Notes: generated from the sequence alone by a model not told the origin. Positions 38,395 through 50,190 are shown, counted from the first letter of the stretch. The stretch is DNA of 64,000 nt from Thermodesulfobacteriota bacterium (GCA_965215275.1 OZ244044.1:1088001-1152000), one strand, 5' to 3'. A program made the numbers and translations.

Positions 38395-41028
38395 TCATCC
38401 CGCCAGAACTTCCATGAGCATATTCTTTATTCTCTCAAGCTTCCTGGCATCAAAGACTTTTTTGTTCCTGCCGTCAGATACATAAAATACATCAACGGCC
38501 TGATCGACCTTTGTTGAGATCTTTGCATAGTTTATATTAAGTCCGAGCTTGGTCAGCGTTTTTGTAATGTCATAAAGCAGACCCGTGCGGTCATGAGCAT
38601 AGATATCGATTACGGTGGAATGATCTGATGAATCGTTATCAAACTCAATCCTGGCAGGATATTCAGGGATGCTTTTCTGATACAGGGACTGACTGGACAT
38701 TCGTTTTCTGACCAGGTCTTCCACGCTGATCCTGTTCTCCAGTACGTCTTTGATGTTTGAATCTATTTTATTCCACATCGTCTCGTTCCGGTCTGAGGTC
38801 AGTCTGCTCAGATAATCAATGTAAAACACGTCCAGCACTCTGCCGTCTTTGGTAGTGGACAGTCTTGCACCCAGTATGTTTATGTCGCTTGCGCTTAACA
38901 CCCCGCATATCTTATATATAAGGCCTTTTTGATCACTTCCCCAGAAGACAAACTCGTCATGATCGTCCTTGGGATGAGGGATCAGATCGGTAACGGTCTT
39001 TGAACCGGCCCTGGTCGCGATCTGAATATGATGAGCGATGGACTTGGGAACATGAACGTATAAGTATGAGAAAGGAAGCCTTTCAAGAAATTTTCTGACG
39101 TCTTCCTTTTCCATTTTACCTTTCAGGAACTTCATCGTCCTGTTCATCGTGTACCTGATACGTTTCTCGATTGATTCGGTCGTATAGTCCCCTACTTCAA
39201 AATATTTTGAAGTCCTCAGGTACAGTTCTCTCAGCAGCATGCCTTTCCAGTTGGTCCAGACGTCAGGACCGACGGACCTTATATCGGCAAACGTCAGCAG
39301 ATAAAGCAGGTTCAGTGTTTCCATACTCCTTAACATGTGCGTTAATCTCTCTATAAGGCTTATATCGTGCAGGTCCCTTCTTTGTGAAAAGTGGGACATA
39401 ACAAGATGGTTCTTAACCAGGAACTCAAGCTGCTCTGCATCCTGCTTCTGCAAGCCCATTCTTTTGGCGATCTTTGATGCCATTACAGCTCCTGTCTCAG
39501 CATGATTTCTACCCGAACCCTTACCGGCATCATGGATCAGGCACGCAAGGTACAGAACATCCCGCTTTACCACGGATTCGGCGATCTTGGTCAAAAGAGG
39601 GAACTCCTCTTCATACTTATAGCTTATGAGGTCTTCTACTTCACGAACCATCATTATAGAATGCACGTCGGTCGTATAAACGTGATAGGCGTCATGCTGT
39701 ACCATACACACTATCTTGCCGAATTCCGGCATGTAGTGCCCGAGAACTCTGAGTTCGTTCATTAAAAACAGGGTCTTTGCAACGTTGTTCCCGGTTCTCA
39801 AGATCCTGAGAAAAGCACTGTTAAAACGGCCGTTCCTTCTGGTCTTATCGTCTATACGAGCTGAATTTTCCCATATAAGCCACGTAAGATGTGTGCTCAT
39901 TTCAACTTTATACTTATCCGCGTATTCGAACGCACGGATAAAATTAACTGGGTCTTCTCTGAATATATCTTTATCTTTCACCGACAGCTGGCCTCTTCTG
40001 ATCACAAAACCATTATCTACGTGTCTGCTTCTTCTGAAAAAATGCCACCTGTTGGTAGCCAGACATTCATCGACTATTTTTTTAGAGTGCATGTGGCTTA
40101 ATCTGGCCCTTAAATAATAAACCCGCATGAACTTCTCAACTGCCTTGATCTTGGAATCCTTGTAATTAAAGAACTTTGAAACTTTCTCCTGAAGTTCAAA
40201 GCTGAGCCTGTCATCCCTTCTGCCGGACTGATAGTGCATCTCGGACCTTACTGCAAGAAGGAAGTTATAGCACCTTTCAATTATCTGATACTCCTTTGAA
40301 CTGATAACGCTTTTATTTAAAAGAGACAGCAGGTCCCGGCTCTTGTACTTTGCCTTGGCGATCCAAAGAGCTGACTGTATATCCCTTAATCCCCCCTCTC
40401 CTTCTTTGACGTTAGGCTCCAGCAGATATAAGGAACCGCCGAACTTTTTAACCCGATTTACAGTTTCATTGAACTTGCGCTTTATGAACTTTCCGGAAAT
40501 TTTCGGCAGGACCTGACCGTATATCGTTGTATCAAGTTTGTCAGAGAGGAGCTTATCACCGTAAATGTGATGACAGTCCATCAGAGAGGTCAGGATGGTG
40601 GTATCTTCATCGTAGGACAGGTCTCTGCATTCCTCTATGGTCCTTACCGAGTGCCCGACGTCAAGATTTAAGTCCCATAAGAAATACACCAGTGATTCAA
40701 CCATATTTTTAACAAGGGACCTGTTTTTCTTGGTATGAAGAAAGAGCAGGTCTATATCAGAATAAGGACAGAGTTCTCTGCGGCCGTACCCTCCAATGGC
40801 CACAACGGAAACCCCTTTGAGATCTTCAAAGCCAAACCCCTCTAAAACACGTATGATAAGCTGGTCATAGACCTTTGATCTTTCCTTGCAGAGTTCGATC
40901 CCAAAGCTGGACTTGTATTTCCTGTTCCTTTTATGCTTTGCATGCAGGCTGGACTTTGCCTGGTCAAAGTAAGTTTTTATATCTGCTGTAAAGTCTTCTT
41001 TTTCTTTTACGGACAGTGGGTTCTTTAT
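38395..41028 (-). CDS. glnD: [Protein-PII] uridylyltransferase
   Basis: GGYGR.EL.PYSDIDL, EPNVKEG.GGLRD, HD motif, two ACT domains. The frame stays open upstream of the track start (40803); start placed tentatively at ATA 41028 behind SD GAGGTG. Confidence 0.93.
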   Translation of the reverse strand: MKNPLSVKEKEDFTADIKTYFDQAKSSLHAKHKRNRKYKSSFGIELCKERSKVYDQLIIRVLEGFGFEDLKGVSVVAIGGYGRRELCPYSDIDLLFLHTKKNRSLVKNMVESLVYFLWDLNLDVGHSVRTIEECRDLSYDEDTTILTSLMDCHHIYGDKLLSDKLDTTIYGQVLPKISGKFIKRKFNETVNRVKKFGGSLYLLEPNVKEGEGGLRDIQSALWIAKAKYKSRDLLSLLNKSVISSKEYQIIERCYNFLLAVRSEMHYQSGRRDDRLSFELQEKVSKFFNYKDSKIKAVEKFMRVYYLRARLSHMHSKKIVDECLATNRWHFFRRSRHVDNGFVIRRGQLSVKDKDIFREDPVNFIRAFEYADKYKVEMSTHLTWLIWENSARIDDKTRRNGRFNSAFLRILRTGNNVAKTLFLMNELRVLGHYMPEFGKIVCMVQHDAYHVYTTDVHSIMMVREVEDLISYKYEEEFPLLTKIAESVVKRDVLYLACLIHDAGKGSGRNHAETGAVMASKIAKRMGLQKQDAEQLEFLVKNHLVMSHFSQRRDLHDISLIERLTHMLRSMETLNLLYLLTFADIRSVGPDVWTNWKGMLLRELYLRTSKYFEVGDYTTESIEKRIRYTMNRTMKFLKGKMEKEDVRKFLERLPFSYLYVHVPKSIAHHIQIATRAGSKTVTDLIPHPKDDHDEFVFWGSDQKGLIYKICGVLSASDINILGARLSTTKDGRVLDVFYIDYLSRLTSDRNETMWNKIDSNIKDVLENRISVEDLVRKRMSSQSLYQKSIPEYPARIEFDNDSSDHSTVIDIYAHDRTGLLYDITKTLTKLGLNINYAKISTKVDQAVDVFYVSDGRNKKVFDARKLERIKNMLMEVLAG

Positions 41029-41034
41029 CTTATC

Positions 41035-41661
41035 TCACCTCTTGTAGCTTATGGATATACCATCCCTGATCGTTACGAAATCAGTTATAAACCTGCGGTC
41101 ACTGCATATCAGTTCATTAAAGGTCTTAACTCCCCTTGTGCCGGGTGAATCATCTTCCTGCAGTACCTTCCCGCTCCAGATCACGTTATCGGTTATAAGC
41201 AGACCGCCTTCGTTCAGTTTATCATAGGACAGGTCGATAACGTCCGGATAAAACTCCTTGTCAACGTCATTGAATATAATATCGAACCTGTCATCCGTTT
41301 CTCTCAGTATATTCAGTGAATCTCCCGTATGAAATTCCATCAGATCTTCGATGTCGGCCTTTTTAAAGAAATAAAGTGCTTTTTCCCTGTTCTTCTCCGA
41401 GTAATCGGTACAGAGCAGTCTGCCATCAGTTCCCAGTGCTTTTGCAAACCAGTAGGACGAATAACCAAAGCCCGAACCGAGTTCGAATATCTTTCTCGCA
41501 CGGCTCATCAGAGCGACCATGGAAAGAAAATGTCCGGCAAGTGGACCTACTATCGGAACCTCGTTCTCTGAGGCATAATCGTGCATTTCATCCAGTATCT
41601 CGGAAGCATCGATCGTCCTTTCCATGATGTATTTTTCTATCTTTGCGTCGATCAGGTTCAT
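41035..41661 (-). CDS. O-methyltransferase (class I SAM-dependent)
   Basis: ELGSGFGYS, FDIIFNDVDK..YP, GGLLITDNVIWSG. Confidence 0.9.
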   Translation of the reverse strand: MNLIDAKIEKYIMERTIDASEILDEMHDYASENEVPIVGPLAGHFLSMVALMSRARKIFELGSGFGYSSYWFAKALGTDGRLLCTDYSEKNREKALYFFKKADIEDLMEFHTGDSLNILRETDDRFDIIFNDVDKEFYPDVIDLSYDKLNEGGLLITDNVIWSGKVLQEDDSPGTRGVKTFNELICSDRRFITDFVTIRDGISISYKR

Positions 41662-42239
41662 TTCAGTTCCTCCGGTCCCTTACCAAAATCAACTAATGTC
41701 TCATCGCAGCTGGCCCTTTTGTTCTCTATTCTTGCCATCATAAAAAGCAGGTCGGAAAGTCTGTTTAAATATTTTATTCCCATAGAGTTTACCGGGTGCT
41801 TCTCGGAAAGTTCCACAAGGTTTCTCTCCGCACGTCTGCAGACCGTTCTTGCATGATGTATATAGGGAGTTCCATAAATCCCGGATGGAAGGATGAACTC
41901 CTTCAGATCCCCCACCTCCGCGTGAAATTCATCTATATGTTCCTCAAGCTGTCCGATCATCCGCTCTGAGACCCTCGGGACCTTGCCCGCAAAGTCATCA
42001 GGGGTAGCCAGGTCACTGCCGAGTATAAAAAGATCGTTCTGCAACTGCGTTAAAATACTTTTCAAACAGGTGTTCCTTACGCGGCTTACAGCAATGCCAA
42101 TCACCGAGTTCAGTTCATCCACGTCGCCATATGCTTTAACTCTGGGCGAGAACTTATCAACCCTGCTGCCATCAGCAAGAGACGTTCTTCCCTTATCTCC
42201 CGTTTTTGTATAGACCTTTGTAATTCTTTTTTTAGCCAT
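41658..42239 (-). CDS. PduO-type cob(I)alamin adenosyltransferase
   Basis: KVYTKTGDKG.T, YGDVDELNS, ARTVCRRAER, YLNRLSDLLF. Confidence 0.93.
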   Translation of the reverse strand: MAKKRITKVYTKTGDKGRTSLADGSRVDKFSPRVKAYGDVDELNSVIGIAVSRVRNTCLKSILTQLQNDLFILGSDLATPDDFAGKVPRVSERMIGQLEEHIDEFHAEVGDLKEFILPSGIYGTPYIHHARTVCRRAERNLVELSEKHPVNSMGIKYLNRLSDLLFMMARIENKRASCDETLVDFGKGPEELK

Positions 42240-42467
42240 CTGTAAGATCAGAACAAGCTTTTTATTAAACCATGAGTTTTATATAAGATATAAAATTTCT
42301 GAGCAGTTCCTGCAGTTGTTACACTGCCACAAACCGCTGTGATACAAGGTTCATATCTTTTATCATTCCAGGCAAAACTTCCGAACAAAATAAGATTACT
42401 GATATTGAAGATAAAATTAAAGTATGTAGATTAGTAATCCAGTTTATATCTTGGTTAATAACATTAT

Positions 42468-42950
42468 ATGCCTTTTCCAGAGGATTTGACAGAAAAGATA
42501 AATGAAGTGGTCAGTGGTCATGAAACCAGGCGGTCATCCCTGATACCAGTACTGCGAGAAGTCCAGGATCATTATGGCTGGATATCCAGCGGGTCAATGG
42601 AAAAAGTAGCGGATATCCTGGATATCTCACCTTCCGATGTTCAGGCCGTTGCCACTTTTTACACGATGTTTTTCACAAAGCCAAAGGGAAAACACGTCAT
42701 ATGGGTATGCAGAACCCTGTCGTGTGCCCTCAAAGGGGCGGAACACGTTGAGCATTATCTGTGCGATAAACTGAACCTCAAGACGGGAGAGACAAGTAAA
42801 GACGGCAAAATAACTTTAATGGAAGCCGAATGCCTCGCGTCGTGCGGCACTGCACCGGCCATGCTGGTTGACGACACCCTTCACGAAAACTTGACAAAAG
42901 AAAAAGTTGACAGAGTTATTGATAACCTGATCAAAAACCAGCCTGTTTAA
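42468..42950 (+). CDS. nuoE: NADH-quinone oxidoreductase subunit E (2Fe-2S)
   Basis: VATFYTMF, VCRTLSCALKG, ECLASCGTAP. Confidence 0.9.
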   Translation: MPFPEDLTEKINEVVSGHETRRSSLIPVLREVQDHYGWISSGSMEKVADILDISPSDVQAVATFYTMFFTKPKGKHVIWVCRTLSCALKGAEHVEHYLCDKLNLKTGETSKDGKITLMEAECLASCGTAPAMLVDDTLHENLTKEKVDRVIDNLIKNQPV

Positions 42951-42965
42951 AATGAACTTACTACC

Positions 42966-44003
<1,038 letters not shown>

Positions 44004-44041
44004 TCCTGAACAGACGATATTATACTTCTTTGCTCCCACCA

Positions 44042-44395
44042 CTAAAGGAAGTTGTAGATCAAATTAAAAACGTACTTCAGGTTGGGAGAGTTCTTTTGTA
44101 ATTCAAGCTTGGGAGATAAAGTGCTGATGCTCGGGAACAGAAGTTCGTTGTATATCTCGGCTATTTTCTGAAACTCCTCGAACTCTATTCGCAATGAGTC
44201 ATAGATCTTCAGAGGCCTTACGTTTTTTTCAGCACTGGATATCCTGATCCCTTCACCTTCCACCTTTGCCAGGAACCACCTCTCACAATCAGGGTCAGGA
44301 AGTTCAACTCCCTGACCGACCTTTTTCATTAGAATTTCCCATTCATCTTTTTTTGATTCGCTGAAGTCCAGCTTTCTGTCTGTTAATATCGGCAT
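44042..44395 (-). CDS. Hypothetical protein
   Basis: 117-aa ORF with SD GAGGAG upstream. Confidence 0.65.
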   Translation of the reverse strand: MPILTDRKLDFSESKKDEWEILMKKVGQGVELPDPDCERWFLAKVEGEGIRISSAEKNVRPLKIYDSLRIEFEEFQKIAEIYNELLFPSISTLSPKLELQKNSPNLKYVFNLIYNFL

Positions 44396-44466
44396 CTTTT
44401 ACTCCTCAAACCATTTTAAAACTAAGCATCAATTATACACCAATAATTTCTGAATTTATACACAAG

Positions 44467-45573
44467 CTAGTTATAAACCCGTATCTCATTGTAAAGAGCA
44501 TCTCTTTCCACGGGTGTGTAGCCGGAGTTCCTGATCATATTAACCATAAAATCCCTGCTGTGTCCGACCTCCGAGGGAGCACCTGCATCATGGATGATCT
44601 TTTCTCTCATGATCGTCCCATCAGCGTCACTTGCCCCGTAGTGAAGTGCCACCTGGGCCGCTTTTTCGCCCAGAGTGATCCAGTACGCCTTTATATGGGG
44701 AAAGTTATCAAGATAAAGCCTTGCAAGTGCGTGGATCTTCATATCATAAGAAGCGGGGAATGGTCTGACATTTTTCAGTCCGGTGTTCTCAGGCTGAAAC
44801 AACACGGGTATGAATGCAAAAAAGCCCGGCGATTCGTCTTCAACGTTCCTGAGCCTCTCCAGATGATCCACAACGTGAAACGGTTCCTCCACGTGACCAT
44901 AGAGAATGGTCGCATTGGAAGGTATTCCCAGGGCATGAGCGATTCTGTGTATCTCTTCCCAGCGAGTGGCAACGGTCTTAGGAGCACATATCTTCCTTCT
45001 GACGTCGGGATGAAGTATCTCAGCCCCTCCACCGGTCAAAGCGTCTATACCGGCTTTCTTCAGACTCAAAAGCACGTCCTCTATGGAAGTACCGCTGATC
45101 TCGGTAAACCAGTCGATCTCGACCGCAGTAAAGGCCTTTACGTGAGTCTGGGGATATTTGTCTTTTATAGTGCTTACGATGTCAAGGTATCGTTCAAATT
45201 CCCAGTCGGGATGAAGTCCACCAACGATGTGAACCTCGCGTATCTCATCGTTCAGCATTGAAAGTATCTGTTCATGTGAAAGTTCATAGGCGTTTGCGGA
45301 TTTTTTTGTAGTGCCAAACGCACAGAAACGACATGATATGGCACAGATGTTCGAAGGATTAATGTGTCTGTTAACCACAAAATAGACCTTGTCATCAGTT
45401 CTCTTTCTTTTAACGTAATCTGCCATCATGCCAATTGCGGCAAGGTCGCTTGAGTTCATTATCTTTATGCCGTCGTCAAAGCTGATACGTTCATCGCACC
45501 TTATTTTTTCCACGATGGGCATAAGGGATACATCAGTACAAAACAGCTCTATATTTTCCAATAACCGCTCCAC
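44467..45573 (-). CDS. mqnE: Aminofutalosine synthase (CofH/MqnE radical SAM)
   Basis: CxxxCxxC, EVHIVGGLHP, KAFTAVEI, GGGAEI, RLYLDNFPHIKAYW; clustered with ubiD/ubiX/ubiA-like genes. Confidence 0.88.
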   Translation of the reverse strand: MERLLENIELFCTDVSLMPIVEKIRCDERISFDDGIKIMNSSDLAAIGMMADYVKRKRTDDKVYFVVNRHINPSNICAISCRFCAFGTTKKSANAYELSHEQILSMLNDEIREVHIVGGLHPDWEFERYLDIVSTIKDKYPQTHVKAFTAVEIDWFTEISGTSIEDVLLSLKKAGIDALTGGGAEILHPDVRRKICAPKTVATRWEEIHRIAHALGIPSNATILYGHVEEPFHVVDHLERLRNVEDESPGFFAFIPVLFQPENTGLKNVRPFPASYDMKIHALARLYLDNFPHIKAYWITLGEKAAQVALHYGASDADGTIMREKIIHDAGAPSEVGHSRDFMVNMIRNSGYTPVERDALYNEIRVYN

Positions 45574-47324
45574 TTTTCAGTTACCTTGTCCTTTATATCA
45601 TCAGACATTCTTATTACTTCAGGATACCATTTTTTCATCGTTGCATCTATTCCCATTCGCCCGTTGTAAACTACCGCCGAACCCTTCAGTTCAGTATGTT
45701 CGAATATAACGTCAAGATACGGGTCAAAACGGGTAAATATACCCCATATTAAATCCGTGTCATCACTTATATCAACATCCTGACTGACCACCGCTATAAT
45801 CCTGACGTTCTTAAATCCCGGTGTTTCGAACATCTTTCCGATCAGCTCTTTTGGTTTATCCCTGGCCTGCAGTACTAAAAACCCTCCGTTCAGTAACCTG
45901 TAATTCAGGATCTCCGGGTGTTTTTCTCTCGGGTCAGGAACTCTTCTGGCATATTTTTTCTTCCCCGCTTCGGGCTTCCTGATCGCATTAATCCCCATCT
46001 TGCTTCCCACATTGAGCTTTCCACTTGTAAAATCCAGGGTATCAAGCGGTGCCCAGGGAATGAGAAGAAAATCCTCGACGGGGTCAAAGTTCTCCCCGAT
46101 CTCGTTCAGCACCGCACTGAAATCTCTGGGGTCAATGTCGCTTGACACGGTGATCATACATTTTGTGAGAAGCAGCTGCCCTATGCCCCACAGTGCAAGC
46201 ATGGCTTTTTTCCCGTTTTTTGGAAAACGTTCATCAACTGATACCGCAAGCAGATTATGAAAACCTGCCTCCGGATATGCCCACATGTCTTTTACTTCCG
46301 GCTGTATAATCTTAATAAGTGGAGAGAACATCTCCCCAGCTGCAATTCCAAGGAATATGTCTTCCTTAGGAGGCTTGCCAACTACCGTGGCGGGATAAAC
46401 GGCATCGTTCTTATGGGTAATCGTATTTACTCTGAACACCGGAAAATCCGACTCCATTGAATAATGACCAAAATGATCACCAAAAGGACCTTCCTCCCTT
46501 AAAACGTTCTGCGGAACGACGCCTTCAATCACTATATCCGCATTTGCAGGAACGAACTGAGATATCGTTTTTCCCTTGACCATGGGGATCGGCTTTCCTC
46601 TGAGAAAACTTGCAAATGCAAGCTCGTCCATACCTTCGGGAAGAGGTGCAATGGCACTGAATATCATTTTAGGGTCTCCACCCAGTACCACTGCGGCTTC
46701 AAGGTCCTGATCAAGCTTTTGTGCCTCGTGGTAGTGTGCAGCACCACCCTTGTGAGGATGCCAGTGCATTCCCGTAGTTTCCTTATCGTATATCTGCAGC
46801 CTGTAAATACCCAGATTTCTCCTTCTGGATACCGGGTCCTGTGTCAGCACCAGTCCCAAAGTAATGAACTTTCCTCCATCCAGTGGCCAGCATTTGATGA
46901 CCGGCAGTCTTGACAGGTCCGGAGTAAACTCATTGTCCTGTACGGGACCCGACCTTGTGTTCTTAGTCCGCATGTTTATCAGTTTGTAAGCTTTTGGAAG
47001 TATGGAAAAAAAATTCTTTATCGAAGGCGGGTTCAGCCTGTGAAATATATCCACCAGTTCATTACCTACGTCTGACGGCTTTCTGCCCAGAGCCAACTCC
47101 ACCCTTTCCTCCGTGCCGAACAGGTTCATTGCCAAAGGAAAATCCGCCCCTTTTACATTTTCAAATATCAAAGCAGAACCTTTTTCTTTTATAACCCTGT
47201 CCGCTATCTCGGTAACCTCAAGCACCGGATCAACTTCAGTTTTGATCCTGGTGACATCACCTATTTTTTCCAAGTGGTCAATATATCCCTTTAGATCATA
47301 GAAACTCTGTCTGGACTTACACAT
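45549..47324 (-). CDS. UbiD-family menaquinone biosynthesis decarboxylase
   Basis: NLGIYRLQ, MHWH.HK, EGPFGDHFGHYS, VGKPPKED. Confidence 0.92.
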   Translation of the reverse strand: MCKSRQSFYDLKGYIDHLEKIGDVTRIKTEVDPVLEVTEIADRVIKEKGSALIFENVKGADFPLAMNLFGTEERVELALGRKPSDVGNELVDIFHRLNPPSIKNFFSILPKAYKLINMRTKNTRSGPVQDNEFTPDLSRLPVIKCWPLDGGKFITLGLVLTQDPVSRRRNLGIYRLQIYDKETTGMHWHPHKGGAAHYHEAQKLDQDLEAAVVLGGDPKMIFSAIAPLPEGMDELAFASFLRGKPIPMVKGKTISQFVPANADIVIEGVVPQNVLREEGPFGDHFGHYSMESDFPVFRVNTITHKNDAVYPATVVGKPPKEDIFLGIAAGEMFSPLIKIIQPEVKDMWAYPEAGFHNLLAVSVDERFPKNGKKAMLALWGIGQLLLTKCMITVSSDIDPRDFSAVLNEIGENFDPVEDFLLIPWAPLDTLDFTSGKLNVGSKMGINAIRKPEAGKKKYARRVPDPREKHPEILNYRLLNGGFLVLQARDKPKELIGKMFETPGFKNVRIIAVVSQDVDISDDTDLIWGIFTRFDPYLDVIFEHTELKGSAVVYNGRMGIDATMKKWYPEVIRMSDDIKDKVTEKWSGYWKI

Positions 47325-47394
47325 GATATGCTTTCAGTTCAGGCGGTCACCTTCACGGCAACGATAAACTGTCCCCCTTATCGCTTAACTTGCA

Positions 47395-47667
47395 CTAAAC
47401 GATGATATGAGGCTTATGACTTAAATCAATAACTGTATCGGCAACTTGCTGAACCGAGAAGCAACCTTCTCCATAGTCCCTCATGCCGATCTTAATAGCG
47501 TCATTTTCACTTTCGAAGAACTCTATAATTTTTTCCTTATGAAGCAGTGCAAATTCATTTAGATGCATTTTCTTCAGTTCGGGAAGATGGGATTGAAAAT
47601 ATTTAAAATTAGCACTTACTTCGGCCATCGCTTCACTCAACACTTCTTCCATAGTTTTGTCAGTCAT
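47395..47667 (-). CDS. Small hypothetical protein
   Basis: 90-aa ORF with SD GAGGAG, interrupting ubiX-ubiD. Confidence 0.6.
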   Translation of the reverse strand: MTDKTMEEVLSEAMAEVSANFKYFQSHLPELKKMHLNEFALLHKEKIIEFFESENDAIKIGMRDYGEGCFSVQQVADTVIDLSHKPHIIV

Positions 47668-47772
47668 CTGCCCTCTCCTCGCTTTTCAGACCTGTTCAAA
47701 TTATATAACTCCTCTTGTCAAATCAAGGAGTAAAAACTTTTCTGCTGACGTAAAAGTTGCTATCTGGATTCA

Positions 47773-48324
47773 TCAATCCAGTTCTTCGCTCTTCCACCCA
47801 CCACCGTTCTGCACGCCTACGGCACCAAGGAGCTTATCAACATAGGCTTTCACAAGATCATCCACGTTGTCGGATTTTAAATAATGGGGAGGACTTATCG
47901 GAGCGATCACAACTCCTTCTCGCGAAAGTTTCAATGCGTTTTCAAGTGCTATGGAACTCAAAGGGGTTTCCCTTATTGCTATTACAAGCCGTCTTTTCTC
48001 TTTGAGTGCAACCTGGGCGATTCTTGTGATAAGAGAGTCCGCGACGCCGTTGGCGATCTTGGCAAGTGTCGATATCGTGCAGGGAACTATGACCATGGCG
48101 TCAAAATGGTTACTGCCGGACGAAAAAGGAGAAGCGAGGTCGGAGTCGCTGTATATCTCGTTGACCCAGGTTTTCATTTCATCAGCCTTTAGCCCAAGCT
48201 CCTCATTAAGAACGTGCTTGCCCCATTTGCTGACAATAAGGTATTTGTCATCCGGGCATCTTCTTGTAAAGTCCACTCCGTAAACAACGCCTGAAGCACC
48301 TGTAATTCCAACTATCGTTCGCAT
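47773..48324 (-). CDS. ubiX: Flavin prenyltransferase
   Basis: VGITGASG, SSGS, PCTISTLAKIANG, LKEKRRLV..RETPL. Confidence 0.93.
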   Translation of the reverse strand: MRTIVGITGASGVVYGVDFTRRCPDDKYLIVSKWGKHVLNEELGLKADEMKTWVNEIYSDSDLASPFSSGSNHFDAMVIVPCTISTLAKIANGVADSLITRIAQVALKEKRRLVIAIRETPLSSIALENALKLSREGVVIAPISPPHYLKSDNVDDLVKAYVDKLLGAVGVQNGGGWKSEELD

Positions 48325-48327
48325 AGG

Positions 48328-49167
48328 TCACAAGTATATACCACTTACAATAAAAAGGAACACGGCTATTCCAACAAGTATATTGATCTTGAAAAATGCA
48401 AGATCGACGTCCGATGACATTCTGTGCTCAAAGAACAGAAGCAGACCAGTGGCAAGCAATGCTGCACCGGGCATTATCCCGGTAAAATATCTGTAATAAA
48501 GTATAGCAAGGAATGCAAAAGCAAAGGCATGGCAAACGGCTGAAACCCTCATCGCTTTTTTTCTGCCGTAAACTGAAACCATTGAACGGATATTGTTTTT
48601 CAGGTCGAACTCCTCGTCCAGCGTGGCATATATAATATCAAAACCTGACACCCAGAACATTGTAAACAGTACCAGGAGCAGTGGTTTTTCCAGTCCGTTC
48701 AGCGAACAGGTTACGGCAACCCATCCGCCAAGAGGAGCTAAGGCAAGGGCAAGACCGACCCCAAAATGACAAAAAGGCGTCCAGCGTTTCATATACGGAT
48801 AAGCTATAAAAACGGCCAGCGGTACCGGAGAAAGGTAAAAAACCAGGTCACATATAAAAAAGCAGCTTACAAAGTAAAAAGCCAGACCAAGACCCATGAC
48901 AGTGTAACTTTCGTTCAGGGATATTTTTCCAGCTGGCAGTTCCCTGTCCCTTGTTCGTGGGTTCAGAAAATCGATCTTTCTGTCAATTATCCTGTTCAGC
49001 CCCATTGCTGCGGTCCTTGCACCAGACGCAGCTGCCAGTATAAGCATAAGCAGATAGAAAGGTGGAACACCTTCAGCAGCAAGAAAGGAACCTGCAAGCA
49101 CTACTGAAAAGGAAAACAGGGTATGCTCAACTTTGATGAACTTTCCGTAGCTGCTGATCTTATTCAT
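48328..49167 (-). CDS. UbiA-family prenyltransferase (MqnP-like)
   Basis: EHTLF, ARTAAM..NRIIDR.ID..NPRT..RELP, GFDIIYA..D..FD. Confidence 0.92.
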   Translation of the reverse strand: MNKISSYGKFIKVEHTLFSFSVVLAGSFLAAEGVPPFYLLMLILAAASGARTAAMGLNRIIDRKIDFLNPRTRDRELPAGKISLNESYTVMGLGLAFYFVSCFFICDLVFYLSPVPLAVFIAYPYMKRWTPFCHFGVGLALALAPLGGWVAVTCSLNGLEKPLLLVLFTMFWVSGFDIIYATLDEEFDLKNNIRSMVSVYGRKKAMRVSAVCHAFAFAFLAILYYRYFTGIMPGAALLATGLLLFFEHRMSSDVDLAFFKINILVGIAVFLFIVSGIYL

Positions 49168-49262
49168 AAAGATAGATAATGACTTCCTTATACTGAACTG
49201 AAACAGAGAAATGATCTGCCGGACAGGGTTGATAAAAAGTATAAAAAACGAAACTGTTTTTC

Positions 49263-50063
49263 CTAATTACCGAATAACATATCACCAGCTACGATCTTCT
49301 GCAGTTCGCCCCCGGACTCTTCTATGTATATATATCCATAACTATCCACTTTTCTAACGACCCCGCTCACTGCCTTCCCTGACACGTTTATTGAAACAAA
49401 CTCATTGAGCTTTCCCCACTTGTTTGTCCAGTCAGCCACGATAAAATGTGTCCCCAGCCTCATGAATTTTAAATAGTATTCATCAAGAACGCTTATAAGT
49501 CTTGAGGCAACCTGTTCTCTGTCAAACTTTTTTCCGCTCTCCAGAAAAAGCGATGTTACTTTATTAACTTCGCCGGAAAGATTTAGCTTTATAAGTTCCT
49601 CCGTGACATTTACATTTAATCCAATTCCAACAATTATATAATCTAACTTATCTTCTTTTGACCGCATCTCGGTCAGAACGCCCGATACTTTCTTACCGTT
49701 TATCAATATGTCGTTTGGCCATTTAATTTCCGGAGCAAAATTAAGACCTTTCAGTGTTTTGACAAGAGCCAGGGAAGCAATGAAGGTAAACACGGGTGAA
49801 TAAGAGGGATGTATATCAGGTCTGAACAACACGGACATATAGATATTAGAACCACCCGGAGAAAACCAGTTCTTTTCTCCTCTTCCCCTGCCACCCGTCT
49901 GCTCATCCGCGATCAGCACAATCCCTTCACCGGGATCAGAAAGCGCTATTTCCGACAACACGGTGTTCGTTGAAGAGACACTGTCAAAAACCCTTACGTC
50001 TCTTCCAATTATCAGACTTCTTATGAGTTTACTTATCTTCTGTTTATCTATTTTACCCATCAA
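49263..50063 (-). CDS. birA: Biotin--protein ligase (no N-terminal HTH)
   Basis: SSTN, QTGGRGR, IKWPND, KKVSGVL, GIGLNV. Confidence 0.93.
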   Translation of the reverse strand: MMGKIDKQKISKLIRSLIIGRDVRVFDSVSSTNTVLSEIALSDPGEGIVLIADEQTGGRGRGEKNWFSPGGSNIYMSVLFRPDIHPSYSPVFTFIASLALVKTLKGLNFAPEIKWPNDILINGKKVSGVLTEMRSKEDKLDYIIVGIGLNVNVTEELIKLNLSGEVNKVTSLFLESGKKFDREQVASRLISVLDEYYLKFMRLGTHFIVADWTNKWGKLNEFVSINVSGKAVSGVVRKVDSYGYIYIEESGGELQKIVAGDMLFGN

Positions 50064-50190
50064 TAAAAACGTTTAGAGGGTCAGGTCTTGCGTTCTCTTG
50101 TAAAACAACCAGATCCCAACCTAAAATTATTGTTTCATAAATTGACAAAGTTTTCTTTTTAAATATTTTATTCCGTTTACAACATAAAGG

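Noticed and set aside
44560..45261. Long antisense or overlapping ORFs in the track (e.g. 233 aa opposite mqnE, 216 aa at 15173-15823)
   Set aside because: They are shadows of well-supported genes and have no recognisable motifs.
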